DNA of 64,000 nucleotides from Eledone cirrhosa (Eukaryota): the NCBI GenBank assembly GCA_964016885.1, contig OZ024745.1, forward strand, positions 86,490,001 through 86,554,000, in the 5' to 3' direction. Shown piece after piece: positions 58,427-64,000 of the stretch. Each line of letters begins with the position of its first letter. Within the stretch, counting starts at the first letter, position 1. The notes beneath the pieces were generated by a model. The model saw only the letters and a list, made by a program, of their open reading frames with translations. It was not told the origin of the DNA and did no database searches. The translations under genes and the position numbers were made by a program.

Positions 58427-61400
58427 GTAGTAAATCGTATCATCGTGAGCTCCGCAAAGGTTTGTTATTTCCGTTTGTTAAAAATTGCCATTTATGGAAA
58501 ATTTTTATTGTTAACTATATATAAGCGCACATACATTGTTTTCCGAAAAGGACACCCAAAAAGATTGGGGCCTTGTGCCCAAAATTTAAACTTTTATGAT
58601 TATCAAAAAATTTCTTTGAAAAAAAATGGCTAATTCACCACTGCACCAAGCAGCTGAAAGCCTCTCTCACAAATTAACACCTCACACCGACACCACCATT
58701 GTAAATGATTATACGTCTTCCAACACAAACAATTTAAGCACTAGCAATATTTTAAATTTGTCTCAGGCAGACATTCATTTCCAGCCATTACCAATGACTG
58801 CAGGTGTTAAAGCCGCCACCACCACCACCACCGCGACAACAGAAACAAAAGGAAAAAATAAATCAACTCGTGATGTCGAAATATTTTCAACCAAAATGGA
58901 CTCTCCCAAACCGACTTTCACTGACGTCACCACCACCACAACTGAAACTAAAATTAATAATAACAAAAATAACGATAGCAACAACAACAACAATGACATA
59001 AAAAACCACCCTTAGTTTTGCCAGAGTAACAAAACAGTTCGAAGCCTTTACGGTAACTCAGGAGGATTTAGAAAATGCCAAACAAATGGTAAAGAAAGAT
59101 GGGTACAGGGTCAGCCTCACCCCCCACCTAATAAAATGGAGCATCGGCGCCTATGCACCGTGTCGTATCGAACAATAAATGTAAAATCGCGCCGAGTGGA
59201 ACGGGCATCCGAGTCCCAAATCCAAAAAGCTTTGGGACATGTGTGGGCAAGAAAAACCCACATCAGACGTGGGCAGAAGTATGGAACCGTGGACGTGTTC
59301 TTTGAAACACCAGAGGAGGCTAGAGAACACTCCATGGCCCCATTAAGAAGTGACGACTTCACACTCGTCCCAAGCTATTGTGGCCAGACATCGTAAAGAT
59401 CAGGGTGACCCACGTTCCACCGGCCATCGAAATTCCCTGGCTAATTGCGACCGTCCTCGCCGGCATCGAAGCCAACACAAAGATAATAGCAATAGCAAAA
59501 GAAAAGCAGGAGAACTGGTCCGGATCTGGGATGGAGCTCCTGATCCAAGCGGACCAAAAAAGCATTGAGGAGATCCCAGAGGTAATAGACCTCACTGACG
59601 GCAGCCACCTCACCGTAATAGTCGAGGGCAGAAGGCCTAGGTGTGTCGTTTGTGGTGAAGGAACCCACCTAAGGGATTTCTGCCCTCAGGCTAAAAGGTT
59701 TAGGCCAGCTCTCCTACCCACCCCAGTGACACAACCATCAACACCACCAGTAGCAGAGATGGCAGCAACAACTGTAGCAGCAACAACAGAAGCAACTATA
59801 ACAGCAACAACCCCAGCAACAGTAGCAAAACCAACACCACCACCACCAGCAAAACCAACACCACCACCACCCAACGCTTCAGAACTAGCACCAGAGCCTA
59901 CACCATCCACCACGCCACAACCAAAACTAACGCCTGTGGAGGATTTTCCACTCCCCGGCCTATCACAACTGGAGACAGATTGTGACGACGAGGAGTGGGA
60001 AACGGTATCAGGAAAAAAAAAAGAAACCAAAAAAGAAAATATTCTCTTCCTTCCTCCTCCAAAAACAAAATACAGAGGGAAACAAATAAATTAACAAACA
60101 AAACAGTTAGGACAGATATGCCACCATCCACACCAGCATCACCAACCCCATCAACCCAAACACCAACACCATCACCATCATTAACCCCAACACCACCATC
60201 ACCTACACCACAAAAGTCACCAAAATGCGAAACAGAAACAAACCCACAACAAACGCAAACAAAACAAAACAACCAAAACGATACACACTACACAGCATTA
60301 AATTTGAACAACAAGCAATTATTACACTACATCCAACACAACACCAGCATCACAGAAAAAGACTACACAACAACCCCAAAATTCACACCACCTCCACACA
60401 TACAAATCACTCGCATCACAAAGAAAACGTACATGACACTAAAACAAAAATTCCCCAAAGACATCGGAGACTTCCGACAAGCACTCTCCAGGAGGATTTA
60501 TAAAGACATCCTTCCTGAGGAGGCCACAAGCAGTGAAAAGGATGGAAAAACCGTCCTTCCCCTACGAGAAGTAAGGTAAGTGGTCTTTCCCATCTTTTCC
60601 ACTCCATTTCAACATGACCTCACTCAGAATAGGCAGCATAAATGCGCGTGGCTTGGGGTCGTCATGGAAGCAGGGCCACCTGCTCAACGACCTCAGGTCA
60701 CTAAACATAGATGTAGTGGCCATCAGCGAGACCAGAATCTCCGAAGCACGGGCCTCCGCACCGATCTTCGGCGGCTACGATGTGTACGCACCTCCCAGCC
60801 GTCCGGGATCGGGGTAGGAGTTGCTGTGCTTTTTCGGAGAGGTTTGGATCTTGCCATACAGGCCATCTTCCTGGACCCAGAAGGTAAGTTGGTGGTGCTG
60901 GACGTGACCAGTGGAGAAGGGCAAGCTTTCAGGTTAGTGGCCGTCTATGCCCCGACAGGAGCAGGGCGGCCTGATTTCTTCCGGCGTCTGGAGACCTTTC
61001 TTGGAACGTCCTGCTCTTTAGTGTTAGTGGGCGACTGGAACGGGATCTTAGATGCACGCTGGGATTGTGTGGGATTAGTGGATAGGGAAGGAGGGTGCAA
61101 GAGTCTCACCAACCTGCTCAGGCGTTTTGAACTGTCTGACAGGTACCGAATGGATTTCCCGAATGTACCAATGTGGACTTGGACAAATCGCATAGGGTCA
61201 TCCAGATCATATCTAGATAGAGTATTTTGTAGGGAAATAGATAGGTCTAGTATAGGCTGTCCACAATTCAAGATAGTCAGCTACACGGACCACAAATTCG
61301 TGATCTGTGAGCTTGACTTAGATAGGCTTCATAGACGAGGACCCGGCTACTGGAAGCTAAACGCCTCCTTACCAGCGCACAAGGCCTACAGAGACCGGAT

Positions 61401-64000
61401 TATCGAACTAGTTAAGCGGGCGTTGACGGGGGCCATCGTCAACAACAAGTGGTGGTTTGCTCTGAAAAGAGCAATTAGAATAGAGTCCATTAGGTTTAGT
61501 AAGGCTTTAGCAATAGAGAAAAATAGAGCAGAGGGAGAATTAGTTAGAAAATTAGACGAGGCGCTTAGCAAAGGTATCGCGACCGACGTACTTGCAGCGA
61601 AATTGGCCCTTGACCAATTCTCAATGCAAAGCACGAAGGCTGCGTTGTCAGAGCTAGGGTGCGTGCTCTCAGACACGAGAGGACGAAAGCCGTTCAATGG
61701 GCCCGAGTGGCGGAGGCGCGTCGTGGCAATAAAGCCACGATCCGGTCTTTGGTGGACCACGACGGGCGCATGCTACTCGATCCCGGGCAAATGTGTGAAG
61801 CTTTTCAGCGACACTTCGCTCAACTGTTCGGGGGCAGTGGCGGGCCGGATCGAGGGATGGACTTTAGTGTCTACCTCGACGGACTGCCGCGGCTTTCAGC
61901 CACTGAGGCGGAGTGTTGCGAAAAGCCGATAACAACCGCCGAAGTACGGGAGGCAATGACTGGCTGCACAAGGGGTAAATCGCCTGGTTTGGATGGTCTG
62001 CCCTATGAACTTTACGTACAAATTCCAGACTTGTTCGGAGGCCTCTTGGAGGACGTCTACTGCAACTGGCAACAGAACGGGAGCATTCCCAGCTCTGTGA
62101 GCCGAGGAGCGGTGGCGCTGCTGAGAAAGGATCCGAACAAGGGGGATAACATAGATAATTTTAGGCCCATAACTCTGCTAAACACAGAGTTCAAGATTTT
62201 GGCCAAGGTGCTAGAAAAGAGGTTGGCGCTTGTCGTTGGTGGTCTGGTGGGAGAGGCACAGACATGCGCCATTCCCGACAGATCCATCCACGACAACCTC
62301 CACCTCATGCGATACATCGTAGAGAGGGTAGCTAGGGAACCTGGCACGGGTGGGTCTTTGATCAATTTAGATCAGTCGAAAGCCTTCGATAACGTCGACC
62401 ATCGTTACCTAGCGGCAGTCCTGAGGGCGGCCCGTCTTCAGAGGCTGGATCGCTGCCATGCACAGCGACATCTGCTCTGTAGTGAGAGTGAACGGTCACC
62501 TTTCGGAACCGTTCAACATCATGCGCTCGGTCCGCCAAGGATGTCCCCTCTCGTCCCTATTGTATGTATTGACTCTCGAGCCATTACTGCACAAACAGGA
62601 GACGTTGAGGGGGGTCCCGCGCGAACTAGGATGCGGAAGAACCGTGTCAGCATATGCGGACGATGTCACTGTAGTGGTGTCGAACGCCAAACACATCGAG
62701 GCGATCGGCACTACACTAAGAGAATACGAAGCGGTGACAGGAGAAATGATCAACCAGGAAAAGTCAGTGGGCCTGCAGCTCGGCACCTGGAGAGGCAAGT
62801 CCATGCCGTCCAACAGCGTCGTTGGACGCTGGACGGACGGACCGGTTAAATTGCTAGGGGTCTGGTTCGGTCCGGACCTCCAGACGGACAAAAACTGGGA
62901 CGAGGTGACGAGCAGGGTGGCTTCTCTCACCCAGAAATGGGCGGAGAGGAAGCTATCCCTGAAAGGTCGAGCGGAGGTGGCTAACGCGTACATCGCGTCT
63001 GTCATCTGCTACCGCCTGACCGTCGTACCTTGTCCTAAGCCTCGCCTGACTGCGCTGGAGCGTTTGCTCTTTCGCTTTTTGTGGAAGTGACGCGCTCCGA
63101 TGGTCAGGCGGTCCATCTGTTGTCAACACCCGCTACGTGGAGGGCTGGGCATGCCGTGGCTGATGATGCGCAGGCACGCGCTCAGGCTACGACATCTCCA
63201 CCTCTTCCTCGACGGTGATCAGGTGTGGTCGCCGTTTGCTAGACACGTATTTCCCCAGCTCGTTTCCTTGACGGAGCTGCAGTCCTGGGTCAAGCGAAGA
63301 CCGAGAGGGAGCGCCTGGAGACTGGAATGTCTTCAGGCGCTCACAGCCCTCGACCAATCGGGCAATGTGATCGGTGGGAACTCCACCTCGGCGTTCTATA
63401 GAGGATTAGTGGAGGGGAAGAGCGACGACGTACTTGGGGAAACTCTAGGCGTCGACGAAAATCAACTAGCCAATCTCTTCGGAAGAACTTTCGGGCCAGG
63501 GCCTATGGACAACTTCCAGAAATCTCTGGCCTGGCAGTGCTACCGAGGAGCCTTGCTAGTTCGGGATAAACTCTACAGGCATGGAGGTGCCGTCAGCCGG
63601 GCATGTCCGAGATGCGCGCAGGGCGACGAAACCGTCCTGCACGCACTCGTCCAGTGTTCGAAAATTGCTGACTTGTGGGTTTATGTCGAACACCTGCTGT
63701 CGCGTGTAGGACGGATCCGGCTATCATCTGAGTCCATCGTGAGGATTGCCCCGCCCTCCTCCTTTAGCCGGGAAGGGCAGGAAGTTTTTATCTGTCTGGT
63801 GGCCATGGCGAAAGAGATAGTATGGTGGACACGTTTGAAAGGGCTGAAGACGAGCACTTACCTCTTCGGTGATGCCCTGATTGACTTTTTCAAATTTCAT
63901 TTGAAAAGGAAAATCAGAGTAGAGAGGGAAGTGCTCTCTTCCCAGCATTTTGTTGAAAGATGGGTGAGAGAAGCAAGAATGGCCCGAGTGAATGGGCCTA
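58423..64000 (+). mobile_element. Tx1/L1-clade LINE (same family as 35328-38287): ORF1 58626-60579, ORF2 from 60614 to the window edge, frameshifted
   Basis: Zinc knuckle, APE, RT motifs KSPGLDG, FRPITLLN, LDQSKAFD, VRQGCPLS, SAYADD, and C-terminal CPRCAQGDETVLHALVQC. Confidence 0.93.

Overview
AT-rich animal genomic DNA made almost entirely of repeats. Composition and SINE types suggest an octopus or other cephalopod, but that is inference. No host protein-coding gene is recognisable. The left part (3.5-29 kb) is a tandem array of about 30 monomers, each a ~420-bp core plus a variable (TA)n tract. Most monomers carry a type I hammerhead ribozyme (CUGACGA...GAAA-CUAG-UA) and many carry an octamer motif, so this looks like a non-LTR retrozyme or ribozyme satellite. 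Three families of hammerhead-bearing Penelope-like elements, an RTE fragment with a 5' inversion and a SINE interrupt the array at its (TA)n tracts. A second, very homogeneous array (32.1-34.9 kb, minus strand) is one base short of exactly six circularly permuted 468-bp monomers inside (TA)n, and its hammerhead covaries with that of the first array. The right part (35.3-64 kb) is a cluster of decayed non-LTR retrotransposons at (TTA)n tracts: three Tx1/L1-clade copies all on + and five R4/Dong-like RLE copies all on -. All calls were made by eye, so boundaries are approximate.
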